DNA of 64,000 bases from positions 160,001-224,000 of the forward strand of contig JASFLY010000001.1 of NCBI GenBank assembly GCA_050117845.1, in the 5' to 3' direction. The DNA comes from Candidatus Zixiibacteriota bacterium. GTDB lineage: Bacteria > RBG-13-66-14 > B26-G2 > WVWN01. Shown here in pieces: positions 1-12,070 of this stretch. The position numbers and the translations under genes are program-made. The notes beneath the pieces were generated by a model. That model saw only the letters and a program-made list of their open reading frames with translations. It had not been told where the DNA came from and did not search any database. Positions within the stretch are counted from its first letter, which is position 1. Each line of letters opens with the position of its first letter.

Positions 1-1053
1 GGCCCCTGCGCCGGCGGCGCGGTCTACTCCCCGGCGGTCATGGACTTTACGTTCATGGTCAAGGGCAGTTCGTACATGTTCCTCACCGGCCCCGACGTCA
101 TCAAGACCGTGATGAACGAGGAGGTCACGTTCGAGGACCTGGGCGGCGCGGACGTCCACGCCTCCAAGTCCGGCTGCTGTCACGTCGTCGCGCTGAACGA
201 GGTGGAGTGTTTAACCGAAATCCGGCGGCTGTTGTCCTTCCTGCCGCAGAACAACCTGGAGGACCCGCCGCTCGTGGACACTGGCGACGACCCCGGCCGG
301 GCCGACCCGGAACTGGATACCTTACTCCCCGACTCGCCCAACAAACCCTACGACATGAAGGACGTCATCCGGCGCATCGTCGACAACGGCGACTTCTTCG
401 AGATCCACCGCGACTTCGCGCCCAACATGATCTGCGGCTTCGCCCGCATGGCGGGCCGGACCGTGGGCATCAACGCCCATCAGCCGTTGGTACTGGCCGG
501 CTGTCTGGACATAAACTCGGCCTGCAAGTCCGCCCGCTTCATCCGCTTCTGCGACGCCTTCAACGTCCCCATCCTCACGTTCTCGGACGTCCCCGGCTTC
601 CTGCCGGGCACGGCGCAGGAATACGGCGGCGTCATCAAGCACGGCGCGATGCTCCTTTACGCCTACGGCGAGGCTACGGCGCCCAAGGTCCACGTCATCG
701 TCCGCAAGTCGTACGGCGGCGCGTACGCCGTCACCTCCACCAAGCACATGCGCGGCGACACCGTTTACGCCTGGCCCACGGCGCAGATAGCCGTTATGGG
801 CCCCGAGGGCGCGGTCAACATATTGCACCGGCGGGAACTCGCCGCGGCGAAGGACCCGGCGGCCTTGCGTGAGAAGCTCGTCGCCGAGTTCACCGAGAAA
901 TTCGCCAACCCTTACGTCGCGGCGGAGCTGGGCTACGTGGACGAGGTCATAATGCCGCGGGAGACGCGGCCTCGTATCATAGACGCCTTGAATATGCTTC
1001 AGAACAAACGCGACGCTAACCCTCCCAAGAAACACGGGAACATCCCCCTTTGA
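1..1053 (+). CDS. pccB: Acyl-CoA (propionyl-/methylmalonyl-CoA) carboxylase carboxyltransferase subunit, 5'-truncated by the window edge
   Basis: The frame is open from base 1 (GPCAGGAVYSPA). Motifs DVPGFLPG, RKSYGGAY, AVMGPEGA and C-terminal KKHGNIPL are typical of the carboxyl_trans family. Confidence 0.9.
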   Translation, partial: GPCAGGAVYSPAVMDFTFMVKGSSYMFLTGPDVIKTVMNEEVTFEDLGGADVHASKSGCCHVVALNEVECLTEIRRLLSFLPQNNLEDPPLVDTGDDPGRADPELDTLLPDSPNKPYDMKDVIRRIVDNGDFFEIHRDFAPNMICGFARMAGRTVGINAHQPLVLAGCLDINSACKSARFIRFCDAFNVPILTFSDVPGFLPGTAQEYGGVIKHGAMLLYAYGEATAPKVHVIVRKSYGGAYAVTSTKHMRGDTVYAWPTAQIAVMGPEGAVNILHRRELAAAKDPAALREKLVAEFTEKFANPYVAAELGYVDEVIMPRETRPRIIDALNMLQNKRDANPPKKHGNIPL

Positions 1054-1274
1054 TGGAGCCTATGGGATTCGGAGATGAGTACATGGTGCTGGCAGGCGTA
1101 GGGTTCCTCTTTAATTTCCTCGGCGCGTTGGCGCTGATCGCCGCCGCAGGCGCGGCCCTTTACGCCGCAGTCCAGATTAAAAAGGTTATCCCGGAACTGC
1201 GCAAGCAGACGCGCCTCCTCCAGAAGTTGGCCGGCGAGGAACCAACGCCCGAACCGCCGAAAGAAGACGCGTGA
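1053..1274 (+). CDS. Small single-TM membrane protein with a Pro/Glu-rich tail
   Basis: ATG overlaps the upstream TGA. One hydrophobic helix followed by EEPTPEPPKEDA. Overlaps both neighbouring genes. Confidence 0.65.
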   Translation: MEPMGFGDEYMVLAGVGFLFNFLGALALIAAAGAALYAAVQIKKVIPELRKQTRLLQKLAGEEPTPEPPKEDA

Positions 1275-1840
1275 GCGACGCCCTCGAGATAAACCTGGGG
1301 CCGCTCGAGCCGATGCCGGTCATCCTCGACCTGTGCGCCGGCGGCGAGGGCATAATAGCCCGGGCGTATCCGGGCCGGGTCATCGGCGTGGACCAGCTGT
1401 TGTCCGAGATTAACCAGGCCCGCCTCAAGTGCCCGCCGCGGACGATATTCCTGGTGGGCGACGCCCGGCAGACGAACTTCGTCGACAACACCTTCGAACA
1501 CGTGACCGTCTTCTTCGGCCTGATGTACGTCAAGGGCGGTGAGGCCAAGCGCGCCCTCTTCGCGGAGGCGGCGCGGGTCCTGCGCCCCGGCGGCAGCTTC
1601 CACCTCTGGGGTACGCCGGTCCCGCCGGGCGACGACGTCTTCGGCGTCGCCGTAACGGTAACGCTGCCCGGGGGCGAGGTCGTGCGCACGGGGTACGGCG
1701 TCCGGGGCGAAGGCCGGGAACAGAACCTCGAAACCGTACGGGAATGCGCCGCGGCCGCGGGCCTGGAGGTCCAGGCGGAGGACGACCACGGCGGCTGGTT
1801 CTACGTCCGCTTCACCAAACCCAAGAGCCCGAATGTTTAA
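1271..1840 (+). CDS. Class I SAM-dependent methyltransferase
   Basis: LDLCAGGEG motif I, GVD, GDA and RVLRPGG. Confidence 0.8.
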   Translation: MSDALEINLGPLEPMPVILDLCAGGEGIIARAYPGRVIGVDQLLSEINQARLKCPPRTIFLVGDARQTNFVDNTFEHVTVFFGLMYVKGGEAKRALFAEAARVLRPGGSFHLWGTPVPPGDDVFGVAVTVTLPGGEVVRTGYGVRGEGREQNLETVRECAAAAGLEVQAEDDHGGWFYVRFTKPKSPNV

Positions 1841-3332
1841 AAAGGTACTGGTAGCCAATCGCGGCGAAATCGCCGTTCGCGTAATGCGGGCCTGCCGTGA
1901 ACTGGGCGTCCGCAACGTCGGCGTGTACTCCGAGGCCGACCGGCCGGCGCCCCACGTCCGCTACGCCGACGAGGTCTACCCTATCGGCCCCGCGCCGGCG
2001 AGCGAGTCCTATTTATGTATAGATAAAATCCTGGACGTGGCGCGGCGCTCGGGCGCCGAGGCCATCCACCCGGGCTACGGCTTTTTGGCCGAGAACGCCG
2101 AATTCGCCGCCGCGTGCCGGGACGCCGGCTTCGTCTTCGTCGGCCCGTCGCCCGCGACGATGCAGGCCGTGGGCGACAAGCAGGACGCCCGGGCGACGAT
2201 GGCGGCCGCCGGGATCCCCGTCATCCCCGGCTCGGCCCCGGAGCTCGAGCGCGACGAGGATATCGCGCAAGCGGCCGCCGATATAGGCTGGCCCGTGATG
2301 ATAAAGGCCGCGGCCGGCGGCGGCGGCAAAGGGATGCGCGTCTGCGCCGCGGCCGAGGATTTTCCCGGACTCCTGAAGCAGGCCCGCAGCGAGGCCAAAA
2401 GTTCCTTCGGCGACGACGCCGTCTACGTCGAGAAGTGCGTCGTGGGGCCCCGGCACGTCGAGTTCCAGATAATCGCGGACGCCCACGGCAACGTCGTCCA
2501 CCTCCACGAGCGCGAGTGCTCCATCCAAAGGCGTCACCAGAAGCTCATCGAGGAGTCGCCCTCCCCCGCGCTCGACGACGACCTCCGAGGCCGGATGGCC
2601 GCGGCCGCCGTGAAGGCCGCCCGGGCCGCGGACTACGTCAACGCCGGCACCATAGAGTTCCTGCTGGACGCCGACCGCAACTTCTACTTCCTCGAGGTTA
2701 ACGCCCGGCTACAGGTCGAGCATCCGGTCACGGAACTCGTCACGGCCGTGGACCTGGTGGCGGAACAGCTCCGCGTGGCCGCCGGCGAGCCGCTGTCGTT
2801 TACGCAGGAGGACGTCCGGCCCCGCGGCGCCGCCATCGAGTGCCGCATCTCGGCCGAGGACCCGGCCAACAGCTTCTACCCGGCCACGGGGACGATATCC
2901 CGCCTCCGCCTGCCCTCGGGCCCGGGGATCCGTTTCGACGGCGGCATCGCCCAGGGCTACGAGGTGCCGATTTTCTACGACCCCCTCATCGCCAAACTCA
3001 TCGTCTGGGCGGAAGGCCGGCCTCTCGCCATCGAGCGGATGCGCCGGGCGCTTAACGAGTTCGTCCTGGAGGGCGTCGCGACGACTATTCCGTTCCACCG
3101 TTGGGTGATGGCGTCCCGGGCCTTCCGCGAAGGCGACTTCGACACCTCCTTCGTGGAGCAGGAGTTCCACCCCGAAGCCGCCCGGTCGCAGAGTCTGGAA
3201 CAGGCGTCGGCCGTGCTCTGCACGCTCCTCACCCACTTCCGGGAGCACGCCGCGCCCGCCGGCCCGAGCCGCGACGGCGCGGGGTCCGACCGGTGGCGGC
3301 TGGCCGCTCGGCGGGAGGGGGTGGGCGGCTAA
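1833..3332 (+). CDS. accC: Biotin carboxylase subunit of acyl-CoA carboxylase
   Basis: [53 protein letters not shown]. Confidence 0.95.
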   Translation: MFKKVLVANRGEIAVRVMRACRELGVRNVGVYSEADRPAPHVRYADEVYPIGPAPASESYLCIDKILDVARRSGAEAIHPGYGFLAENAEFAAACRDAGFVFVGPSPATMQAVGDKQDARATMAAAGIPVIPGSAPELERDEDIAQAAADIGWPVMIKAAAGGGGKGMRVCAAAEDFPGLLKQARSEAKSSFGDDAVYVEKCVVGPRHVEFQIIADAHGNVVHLHERECSIQRRHQKLIEESPSPALDDDLRGRMAAAAVKAARAADYVNAGTIEFLLDADRNFYFLEVNARLQVEHPVTELVTAVDLVAEQLRVAAGEPLSFTQEDVRPRGAAIECRISAEDPANSFYPATGTISRLRLPSGPGIRFDGGIAQGYEVPIFYDPLIAKLIVWAEGRPLAIERMRRALNEFVLEGVATTIPFHRWVMASRAFREGDFDTSFVEQEFHPEAARSQSLEQASAVLCTLLTHFREHAAPAGPSRDGAGSDRWRLAARREGVGG

Positions 3333-3841
3333 TGCGCTACTGGACGACCATCGGCGACCGCGAGTACGAACTAACGGTGGAGGGCGAGGGTTCGGCGCTG
3401 GCCGTGACGCTCGACGGCAAGCCGTGCGAACTGGACTACTTCGAAGTGGCCCGGGGCGCGATATACTCGCTCATTCTCGACGGCAACTCGTACGAGCTGT
3501 GGGTGCGCCGCGACGACGGGGGTTTTGTCGTATTCGTCGCCGGCCAGACGCTCAAGGTGGCGGTGGAGGACGAGCGCCAGCGTCGGGTACGCGAACTCAC
3601 CTCCGCGGCCGGCATAGCCGAACACGCCGCGGTGGAGGTCAAGGCGCCGATGCCCGCCGTCGTCCTGGAGGTCATGGTGGCCCCGGGGGACGAGGTCAAG
3701 GCCGGCCAGGGCCTCTGCGTCATCGAGGCCATGAAAATGGAGAACCTGATGCGGTCGCCGCAGGACGGCACCGTTACCGACGTCAAGGTAGAGAAAGGTC
3801 AGGGCGTAAGCCTGAACGACGTGCTGGTAGTAATATCGTGA
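3332..3841 (+). CDS. accB: Biotin carboxyl carrier protein
   Basis: EAMKMEN biotinylation motif. Start reassigned to the ATG overlapping the accC stop (TAATG). Confidence 0.9.
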   Translation: MRYWTTIGDREYELTVEGEGSALAVTLDGKPCELDYFEVARGAIYSLILDGNSYELWVRRDDGGFVVFVAGQTLKVAVEDERQRRVRELTSAAGIAEHAAVEVKAPMPAVVLEVMVAPGDEVKAGQGLCVIEAMKMENLMRSPQDGTVTDVKVEKGQGVSLNDVLVVIS

Positions 3842-5451
3842 CGGGCAAATCGGATAAAGAGGGGCCGGCTCCTGTCGTCACCACTTCCGGCGTCGAGATC
3901 AAAACGACGTACGGCCCGGCCGACGGCGCGGTCGATTACGGCCGCGACCTGGGCGACCCGGGCGCTCCGCCCTTCACGCGGGGCGTCTACCCCGACATGT
4001 ACCGGGGCCGGCTGTGGACGCGGCGCCAGTACGCGGGCTATGCCACGGCGGCCGAGACCAACGCCCGGTACCGCTACCTCCTGGCCCAGGGGCAGACGGG
4101 CCTCTCGGTCGCCTTCGACCTCCCCACCCAATGCGGCTACGATTCCGACGCCGAACTCGCCCGGGGCGAGGTGGGCCGGACGGGCGTCGCCATCTCCACG
4201 CCGGCCGACATGGCCGCGCTCTTCGACGGCATCCCATTGGCGGATGTATCCACGTCGATGACGATAAACGCCACGGCGCCGACCTTACTCGCGATGTACG
4301 TCGTCCTGGCCCGGCGGCAGGGGGCAGACCCGGCACAGCTCCGCGGGACCGTCCAGAACGACATCCTCAAGGAGTTCTTCGCCCGCGGCAACTACATCTA
4401 CCCGCCGGCGCCGTCGCTCAGGCTCGCGACCGACCTCATCCGGTACGCCGCGGCCCACATGCCCCGCTGGAACACCATCTCGATTTCGGGGTATCACATC
4501 CGCGAGGCCGGGGCTTCGGCCGCACAGGAGCTGGCCTTCACCTTCGCGGACGCCGTCGCGTACGTGGAGGCGGCGCTGGGCGTGGGCCTGGCGGTGGACG
4601 ACTTCGCGCCGCGGCTCAGCTTCTTCTTCGGCGCGCATAACAATTTATTGGAAGAGGTGGCGAAGTTCCGGGCGGCCCGGCGGATATGGAGCCGCCTCAT
4701 GGCCGAGCGTTTCGGCGCCCGGGACCCGCGCTCGCTGATGCTTCGTTTCCACACGCAGACGGCGGGCTGTACGTTGACGGCGCAGGAGCCGGAAAACAAC
4801 GTCGTCCGCGTCGCCTTGCAGGCGCTGGCCGCCGTACTGGGCGGAACGCAGTCCTTGCACACCAACTCCCGCGACGAGGCGCTGGCGTTGCCGTCGGAGG
4901 AGTCGGCGCTCATCGCGCTCCGTACCCAGCAGATAATCGCCCACGAGAGCGGCGCCGCCGACACCGCGGACCCGCTCGGCGGTTCGTATTACGTGGAGGC
5001 GATGACGAGCGACCTCGAGGCCCGGGTGGACGAATACCTCCGCGAGGTCGACCGGCGGGGTGGCGCGCTCAAAGCGGTCGAGACGGGATACTTCGCCGAG
5101 GAAATTGCGTCCAGCGCGTACGAGTATCAGAAGGACATAGAACGCAAGCGGCGCATCGTCGTCTCGGTCAACGAGTACGTCACCGGCGCGGCGGCCCCCT
5201 TCCAGACGCTCAAGGTGGACCCGACGCTCGAGGAAACCAGGGTGGCCGAACTAGCGGTGTACCGCGAGGGGCGCGACCGGCCCGAGTGGGAAGACGGGAT
5301 GGCGGCCTTGCGCGAGGCCGCGGCCGAGGACGGCGCGCCCTTGATGGAACCGACTATAACGGCGGTGGAGGCCGGCGCCACGGTGGGCGAGGTCTCGGAC
5401 GCCCTGCGGGCCGTTTTCGGCGAGTACGACAAGGTCAAAGGAGGATGCTAG
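3838..5451 (+). CDS. mutA: Methylmalonyl-CoA mutase, substrate-binding (large) subunit, without a B12-binding domain
   Basis: [15 protein letters not shown] (Tyr, MCM-type), [12 protein letters not shown] (Arg), [12 protein letters not shown] start overlaps the upstream TGA. Confidence 0.92.
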   Translation: MTGKSDKEGPAPVVTTSGVEIKTTYGPADGAVDYGRDLGDPGAPPFTRGVYPDMYRGRLWTRRQYAGYATAAETNARYRYLLAQGQTGLSVAFDLPTQCGYDSDAELARGEVGRTGVAISTPADMAALFDGIPLADVSTSMTINATAPTLLAMYVVLARRQGADPAQLRGTVQNDILKEFFARGNYIYPPAPSLRLATDLIRYAAAHMPRWNTISISGYHIREAGASAAQELAFTFADAVAYVEAALGVGLAVDDFAPRLSFFFGAHNNLLEEVAKFRAARRIWSRLMAERFGARDPRSLMLRFHTQTAGCTLTAQEPENNVVRVALQALAAVLGGTQSLHTNSRDEALALPSEESALIALRTQQIIAHESGAADTADPLGGSYYVEAMTSDLEARVDEYLREVDRRGGALKAVETGYFAEEIASSAYEYQKDIERKRRIVVSVNEYVTGAAAPFQTLKVDPTLEETRVAELAVYREGRDRPEWEDGMAALREAAAEDGAPLMEPTITAVEAGATVGEVSDALRAVFGEYDKVKGGC

Positions 5452-5452
5452 G

Positions 5453-5857
5453 ATGGCGGGCGCGAAGCTGGACCACGTCGGCGTCGCCGTCGAGAGCATA
5501 TCGGCCGCGCGCAAACTCTACGAGGCCGGCCTGGGCCTGCCGCTCGGCGGCGAGGAGGTCCTGGAGGACAAGGGCCTGTCGCTCGCCTTCTTCGAAGCGG
5601 GCGGCGGCGTAAAGATAGAACTGCTGGAGGGCCGGGGCGACGACCCGATATCCAAGTTCATAGCTGGGAAGGGGCCGGGGATTCATCATATATGCTTTCG
5701 CGTGGACGACATCGACGAGGCGGTAGCGACGCTTCGTCGGGACGGGTACGAGTTCCTCACCCAGGAGCCGTACGCCGGCGCCGAGGGCTCCCGGGTTATT
5801 TTTATGAAACCGGCGAGCGGCCTCGGCGTCCTGATAGAGTTAATACAGGAGGCGTAA
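5453..5857 (+). CDS. mce: Methylmalonyl-CoA epimerase
   Basis: VOC-fold motifs DHVGVAV, IELLE, GIHHICF and GVLIEL; adjacent to the mutase. Confidence 0.92.
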   Translation: MAGAKLDHVGVAVESISAARKLYEAGLGLPLGGEEVLEDKGLSLAFFEAGGGVKIELLEGRGDDPISKFIAGKGPGIHHICFRVDDIDEAVATLRRDGYEFLTQEPYAGAEGSRVIFMKPASGLGVLIELIQEA

Positions 5858-5898
5858 CACCGGCGGTACGTTAACGCCCAAACCGCAGGGGAGACGAT

Positions 5899-6663
5899 AT
5901 GGCATTCGTAAACGTTACCAAAGAGGGCGCGGTCGCGACTATTACCATCGACCGGCCCGACGCGCTCAACGCGCTCAACGAACAGGTCTTCGCCGAGCTC
6001 GAGAAAGCCATAACCGAACTCGACGCCGATAAGGGAGTGCTCGTCGTCGTCGTAACCGGCGAGGGCAAGGCGTTCGTCGCCGGGGCGGACATCGCCGCGA
6101 TGGTCGACATGGACGGCCCGCAGGGCAAGGCGTTCGCCGAGATAGGCCACCGCGTGTTCGGAATGCTGGAGCGCGCGCACTTCATTACCATCGCCGCCAT
6201 AAACGGCTTCGCGCTCGGCGGCGGCCTGGAGTTCGCGCAGGCCTGCGACCTGCGTTTCGCCTCGACCAAGGCGAAGCTGGGCCAGCCGGAAGTCAACCTG
6301 GGCGTCACCCCCGGCTTCGGCGGAACGCAACGCCTACCCAAGATCGTCGGCCCCGCGCGCGCGCTGTACCTGCTGGCGACCGGCGACATGGTAGACGCGG
6401 CGACGGCGCAAAGCATGGGCCTCGTGAACGACGTTTACGAACCCGACGAGCTGATGCCCAAGGTCAAAGAGATAGCGGCGACGATTGCGAGCAGGGGGCC
6501 GCTGTCGCTCGCGATGGTCAAGAAGGCCGTGTACGAGGGCCTGCACCTGTCGGTTGAGGAAGGATGCAAGATAGAGGCCGAGGTCTTCGGCGAATGCTTC
6601 GCCAGCGGCCAAACCGCCGAAGGGATGAAAGCGTTTTTGGAAAAGCGTCCGCCGAAATGGTAA
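5899..6663 (+). CDS. crt: Enoyl-CoA hydratase (crotonase)
   Basis: AFVAGADI, GFALGGGLE and GQPEVNLG (both catalytic Glu present). Confidence 0.9.
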   Translation: MAFVNVTKEGAVATITIDRPDALNALNEQVFAELEKAITELDADKGVLVVVVTGEGKAFVAGADIAAMVDMDGPQGKAFAEIGHRVFGMLERAHFITIAAINGFALGGGLEFAQACDLRFASTKAKLGQPEVNLGVTPGFGGTQRLPKIVGPARALYLLATGDMVDAATAQSMGLVNDVYEPDELMPKVKEIAATIASRGPLSLAMVKKAVYEGLHLSVEEGCKIEAEVFGECFASGQTAEGMKAFLEKRPPKW

Positions 6664-6698
6664 CCGGGCGCCTTGACACCTAATTTAAGGAGGTCGGA

Positions 6699-7877
6699 AT
6701 GGCAAACGAGATCGTACTAGCGGGCGCGTGCCGGACCGCGATAGGCCGCTTCCTCGGGGCGCTGACCCGGGTCCCGGCGTGGCAACTGGGCGGAGCGGCC
6801 ATTAAGGGCGCCGTCGAGCGCTCCGGAATAAAACCGGAACAGGTGGACGAAGTAATAATGGGCAACGTCGTATCCGCGGGGATGGGCCAGGCGCCGGCGC
6901 GTCAGGCGGCCATCGCCGGGGGCCTGCCGCCCACGGTCAACTGCGTTACGATAAATAAGGTTTGCGGTTCGGGGACGAAGGCCGTCTCGATGGCGGCTCA
7001 GGCCATAAAGGCGGGCGACGAGGAAATAGTAATCGCCGGCGGCCTGGAGTCTATGTCCTGCGTCCCGTTCTACTTCTTCAAGGGGCGGAGCGGCCAGAAG
7101 ATGGGCAACATGGAACTCACCGACGGCGTCATTCACGACGGCCTGTGGTGCGCTTTCGAGGACCAGCATATGGGTTGCCTGGGCGACTTCACCGCCGCGA
7201 ACTCCGGCATCACCCGGGAAGAGCAGGACGAGTGGGCGGCGAACAGCCAGGCCAAGGCCCTCAAGGCGATAGCCGACGGCAAGTTCAAGGCCGAAATCGT
7301 GCCGTTCGAGATTCCCCAGCGCAAGGGCGACCCCATCCTCTTCGACACCGACGAGGGCCCCCGCGAAACGACGGCCGAGAAACTGGCCAGGCTCAGGCCG
7401 GCGTTCGGCAAGGAAGGTACGATTACGCCGGGCAACGCGCCGGGCCTCAACGACGGCGCGGCCGCGATGGCGGTCATGACCGCCGAAAAGGCCGCGGAGC
7501 TGGGCGTCACGCCGGACGCGACCGTCGTCGGTTACGCCTCGGCGCACGTCGAGCCCAAGATGCTATTCTACGCGCCGGTCGAGGCCGTTAAGAAGCTCAT
7601 GGCCAAGACGGGCGAGTCCATCGGCGACTATGACCTTATAGAGATAAACGAGGCCTTCAGCGCCCAGGTTCTGGCCGACGGCAAGGAACTCGGCTGGGAC
7701 TGGGACCGCGTCAACGTGAACGGCGGCGCGGTGGCGCTGGGCCACCCCATCGGCGCCTCGGGCGCGCGCATCCTGGTAACGCTCATCCACGCGCTCAAGG
7801 ACCGGGGCCTCAAACGCGGCCTGGCGACGGCCTGCCTCGGCGGCGGCGGCGCGGTCGCGATGAGCATAACCATATAA
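6699..7877 (+). CDS. thl: Acetyl-CoA C-acetyltransferase (thiolase)
   Basis: [19 protein letters not shown] and CLGGG. Confidence 0.95.
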   Translation: MANEIVLAGACRTAIGRFLGALTRVPAWQLGGAAIKGAVERSGIKPEQVDEVIMGNVVSAGMGQAPARQAAIAGGLPPTVNCVTINKVCGSGTKAVSMAAQAIKAGDEEIVIAGGLESMSCVPFYFFKGRSGQKMGNMELTDGVIHDGLWCAFEDQHMGCLGDFTAANSGITREEQDEWAANSQAKALKAIADGKFKAEIVPFEIPQRKGDPILFDTDEGPRETTAEKLARLRPAFGKEGTITPGNAPGLNDGAAAMAVMTAEKAAELGVTPDATVVGYASAHVEPKMLFYAPVEAVKKLMAKTGESIGDYDLIEINEAFSAQVLADGKELGWDWDRVNVNGGAVALGHPIGASGARILVTLIHALKDRGLKRGLATACLGGGGAVAMSITI

Positions 7878-7909
7878 CGACCCCTCAACCCGATGCCCGG
7901 GAGGTTATC

Positions 7910-8732
<823 letters not shown>

Positions 8733-8761
<29 letters not shown>

Positions 8762-8833
8762 GGCGAGGTAAGGGCGTACAGCTGTACGCCCCTACAGTTA
8801 ACGGTAAAAAACCCCGGCCGCGAGGCCGGGGTT
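8733..8833 (+). repeat. 101-bp direct repeat, copy 1 (hbd 3' end + REP-like palindrome + terminator)
   Basis: Matches 10636-10736 with one mismatch (cagtta vs cggtta). Confidence 0.95.
8768..8795. repeat. REP-like palindrome GTAAGGGCGTACAGCTGTACGCCCCTAC
   Basis: Perfect inner palindrome GGGCGTACAGCTGTACGCCC with GTA../..CTAC ends, like GTAG-type REPs. Confidence 0.6.
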
Positions 8834-8836
8834 TTT
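8806..8836. terminator. Bidirectional rho-independent terminator
   Basis: AAAAAACCCCGGCC-GCGA-GGCCGGGGTTTTT. Confidence 0.9.
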
Positions 8837-8919
8837 CTTGCGGCCGGCCGCGCGAAACCATATTATTAACGAAAGACTCACGGAGGAGCTTCGACCCAAT
8901 CGAACCGGGAGGAACACGA

Positions 8920-10623
8920 ATGCTACGTACGGCTGTAACAACCGGGCTGTTGATAATGGCCGCGCTGGCGGCGCAGGCCGGGGCCCAGGGAGAGAGCGTC
9001 AAGTATTTCCGGCACGTAACGGTGGACGGTAGGTACGACATCGTCGGGATGAACGAGATACCGGAGGAACGCGCTACCGGCATTAATTGCTATCGTTTCA
9101 TCTACGATGAAGCGGAACGGCCGACAGAAATCGTGTTAATTAAAGGAGGCCGGCCTTCGCCCGGGTCTTATTTCGGGGAGAAGGTCGCGAGCGCGAAAAT
9201 CGCGTACGGCGAAGGATTCGAACGACGTTTATACTACAACGCGGCGGGTATTCGGGTCCCGGACGCGGGCGAGGTTTTCGGCCGGGCTTTTAAGTTGGAC
9301 GCGAACGGCTACCGCGTGTCGATGACCAATCGCGATTCCCAGAATCGGCCCGCGTACGATAACGCGGGCGTCGTCCGATACGACTGGGAAGTAGACGGCA
9401 AAGGCCGTCGGACAACAGAAAAGCGGTTCGATAAGGTCGGGATTCAATTCGAGGATCAACTCGGCCGCTACGAAAGCCGTTGGGAATACGGTGAGACGGA
9501 TTACCCGACACGCGTCTCCTATTACGGCGAAGAAGGTAAACTAAGTGAAGACGAATTCGGGACGGCCGTCGAGGAGTTCGCGTACGACGCGGCCGGCAGG
9601 TTAATAGAAACCCGTTACCTCGGGGAGAAACGAAAACCGCGTTGCCGGCGAGGTATAATTCCGTCTTACGAATTCTGGGATTACTTCGTAACCCGGCGGC
9701 GGAACCTCGAGTATGCCGTCGAACGCCGGGAGTACGACAAGGACGGTTACCTGACGGCGGTATCGTATTTCGACGAGAAAGGGAACCCGGCGGAACGGGA
9801 GGATACCGGTACGGCCGTCGAGCGTTATACGTACGATGAACGGGGCAATCTGATAAAGGTTTCGTATTGCGGGAAGAACGGGAACCCCACGAAGTCGAAA
9901 CTGGACGGCGCGTGCGCCGTTAAAAACACTTTCGGCCCGTACGGCGATGCGATTACGACCGAATACTACGACGCGAAGGGCAAACCGACGAATAGATCGG
10001 AATACGGATGCGCCGGCATCCACACCTCTTACGATGAAGCCGGCAATATAATCGAGGAGAGATACTACGACCGCGACGGCGAACCGTCCGTTCGGAAAGA
10101 CGTCGGCAGCGTCGCGATGATACAATGGGACCGCGACGATTGCGGCCACGCCACCGAGGCCCGGTATTACGACTTAGACGGTAAACCAAAAGAAGTAAAA
10201 CGGTGCGCGAAAACGGTCATGAAACACGACGAATACGGGTACTTACTGGAAGAACGGTATTTCGATTGCGAAGGCGCCCCGACTAAAAAACGCGATTGGT
10301 TCTTCGAGTACGCCGCAGAATCGCGCGCATATGATGAAGCCAGGAACCTTGTCGAAACTTGCCGGTACGGCCCGGACGGAAAACTCCTCGGCGAAACGCT
10401 AACGAGTATCGCTATCGTACGCGCGGCCTACGACGCCCGGGGCCGTCTCGTACAATTCTCCTTTCACGACGAAGGCGGGAAATTAACGGATCATTATTTC
10501 GATTACGCTATTGCGCGTTTCGAATACGGAGAGGAAGATGGAAGGGAGGTCGTTAGAACGTTTTTTTACAACTGCTTGGATCAGATATTGGATATTGTCG
10601 ATTTCAAGTTAATAGAATACTAA
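8920..10623 (+). CDS. Secreted YD-repeat-like protein
   Basis: GGAGG RBS before ATG 8920, a signal peptide, and many YDxxGxxxExxY/YxDxxGxP repeats. Visibly more A/T-ending codons than the neighbouring operon. Confidence 0.8.
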   Translation: MLRTAVTTGLLIMAALAAQAGAQGESVKYFRHVTVDGRYDIVGMNEIPEERATGINCYRFIYDEAERPTEIVLIKGGRPSPGSYFGEKVASAKIAYGEGFERRLYYNAAGIRVPDAGEVFGRAFKLDANGYRVSMTNRDSQNRPAYDNAGVVRYDWEVDGKGRRTTEKRFDKVGIQFEDQLGRYESRWEYGETDYPTRVSYYGEEGKLSEDEFGTAVEEFAYDAAGRLIETRYLGEKRKPRCRRGIIPSYEFWDYFVTRRRNLEYAVERREYDKDGYLTAVSYFDEKGNPAEREDTGTAVERYTYDERGNLIKVSYCGKNGNPTKSKLDGACAVKNTFGPYGDAITTEYYDAKGKPTNRSEYGCAGIHTSYDEAGNIIEERYYDRDGEPSVRKDVGSVAMIQWDRDDCGHATEARYYDLDGKPKEVKRCAKTVMKHDEYGYLLEERYFDCEGAPTKKRDWFFEYAAESRAYDEARNLVETCRYGPDGKLLGETLTSIAIVRAAYDARGRLVQFSFHDEGGKLTDHYFDYAIARFEYGEEDGREVVRTFFYNCLDQILDIVDFKLIEY

Positions 10624-10635
10624 CAAACCGAAAGG

Positions 10636-10736
10636 CCAAGAAGGGCTTCTACGATTACGAATAGGGCGAGGTAAGGGCGTACAGCTGTACGCCCCTACGG
10701 TTAACGGTAAAAAACCCCGGCCGCGAGGCCGGGGTT
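10636..10736 (+). repeat. 101-bp direct repeat, copy 2
   Basis: Duplicate of 8733-8833, including the orphan hbd tail KKGFYDYE*. Confidence 0.95.
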
Positions 10737-10760
10737 ATCGTTTAACGAGTAGGGGAGGCG

Positions 10761-11930
10761 TCACTTCCCCATTTCGTGTTTCGCCATCAGGTACGTCGGG
10801 GAGGAGGTGACGTAGCCGCCGGCCTTCTCCGCGGCCTTCATCGCCGACCTGAAATGGTAAAACGCCTGGACGTCGTCGCCGTCGAACTTGTTCTTATACC
10901 CGATATAGCAGTGAGCGTCCGTCAGGGGTTGGCCTTCCCCTCCCGCTGCGGCTATCAGTTGCCCCGCCGTTATCTGGCCGGAGAAAAACCGCACGGCCGG
11001 GTAAGGCCACTCCCGGCAGTCGCCGCGGAGCGCCGGCCCCAGGGTCCCGCCGGCCTCGCGGCCCAGGCGCGCCTGGCTTATGTAGTAAGACAAATAATAG
11101 TACAAATCGTAGGTGTTAACGACGAACGGGTCCACCTCGACCGCCGTCTTGAAATGACCTGCGGCAATGCCGTAATCCCGCTGCAGGAACAGGGCGAGCC
11201 CTTTGTAATACCAGGCCCAGCGCTCCTCCCGGTCCGTCTCCAGGACGCGGTCGAAACACTCGGTCGCGGTTTCGTATTGCCCCTTATCCAGGAGAAATAT
11301 CCCCTTCATCCCCAACGCCCGGGAGTAATCCGGGTCGATCGACAGGGCTTGGTTAAGGCACTTCACGGCCTCCTTGTAATTCCCCATCAGGCGACAAGCT
11401 TCGCTTTTCGAAACCCAGGCTTCTTTATCGGCCGGGTTTACCTCGAGCACCTTATCGAAGTACGACAAGGCTTTCTTGTATGAACCCACCCGCGTATAAA
11501 TATCGCCCTTCGCGAGCCACGCGTCCGCGTACCCCGGCCTCAACTCGAGCGCCCGGTTCAAACACCCGAGCGCCCGGTCGTACTCGCCCATGATTCCCAG
11601 CGTCACTCCCCTGGTGTACCAGGCCCACGGGTCGCCGGGGTCCAGCGTGAGGGCGCTTTCGAACGACGCCAGGGCCTTATCGTACTCGCCCAACCGGGCC
11701 AACGAGTAACCCCGGTTGCACCAGTTCTTCACGTTCTCCGGATCCGCGGCCAACGCCTCGTCGTAAGCCTCGACCGCCTCCGCGTAATCGCCGTCCTCGA
11801 GGTAACCCTCGGCCGCGGCCGTATAAAACTTCGCCTTCAACGACGCACACGCGCCGCAGCACCCCGAAACGGCAACTACGACCGTGACCAGAGCCGCGCC
11901 GACGAACAGGTAACCCGGTTTAACTTTCAT
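10761..11930 (-). CDS. TPR-repeat protein, probable lipoprotein (NlpI-like C-terminus)
   Basis: GGAGG RBS before ATG 11930, hydrophobic N-terminus ending VSG-C, and several TPR units (AW..KG...L..G.Y..A...FD..L). Confidence 0.85.
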   Translation of the reverse strand: MKVKPGYLFVGAALVTVVVAVSGCCGACASLKAKFYTAAAEGYLEDGDYAEAVEAYDEALAADPENVKNWCNRGYSLARLGEYDKALASFESALTLDPGDPWAWYTRGVTLGIMGEYDRALGCLNRALELRPGYADAWLAKGDIYTRVGSYKKALSYFDKVLEVNPADKEAWVSKSEACRLMGNYKEAVKCLNQALSIDPDYSRALGMKGIFLLDKGQYETATECFDRVLETDREERWAWYYKGLALFLQRDYGIAAGHFKTAVEVDPFVVNTYDLYYYLSYYISQARLGREAGGTLGPALRGDCREWPYPAVRFFSGQITAGQLIAAAGGEGQPLTDAHCYIGYKNKFDGDDVQAFYHFRSAMKAAEKAGGYVTSSPTYLMAKHEMGK

Positions 11931-12070
11931 ACCGTCCTCCGCTTTCAATCGTCTCCGACTATACGTAACGATAACAGTATCAAGAAGCCGATACCCTCTC
12001 AACCTAACTATAATACACCTTCGCGACATAAAATGCAAACGCGTTCCCGGCCGCCGGTACCGCCGCCCCC

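Noticed and set aside
3424..3837. N-terminal extension of the mutase ORF
   Set aside because: It overlaps the BCCP gene. Mutase similarity begins near GTG 3838.
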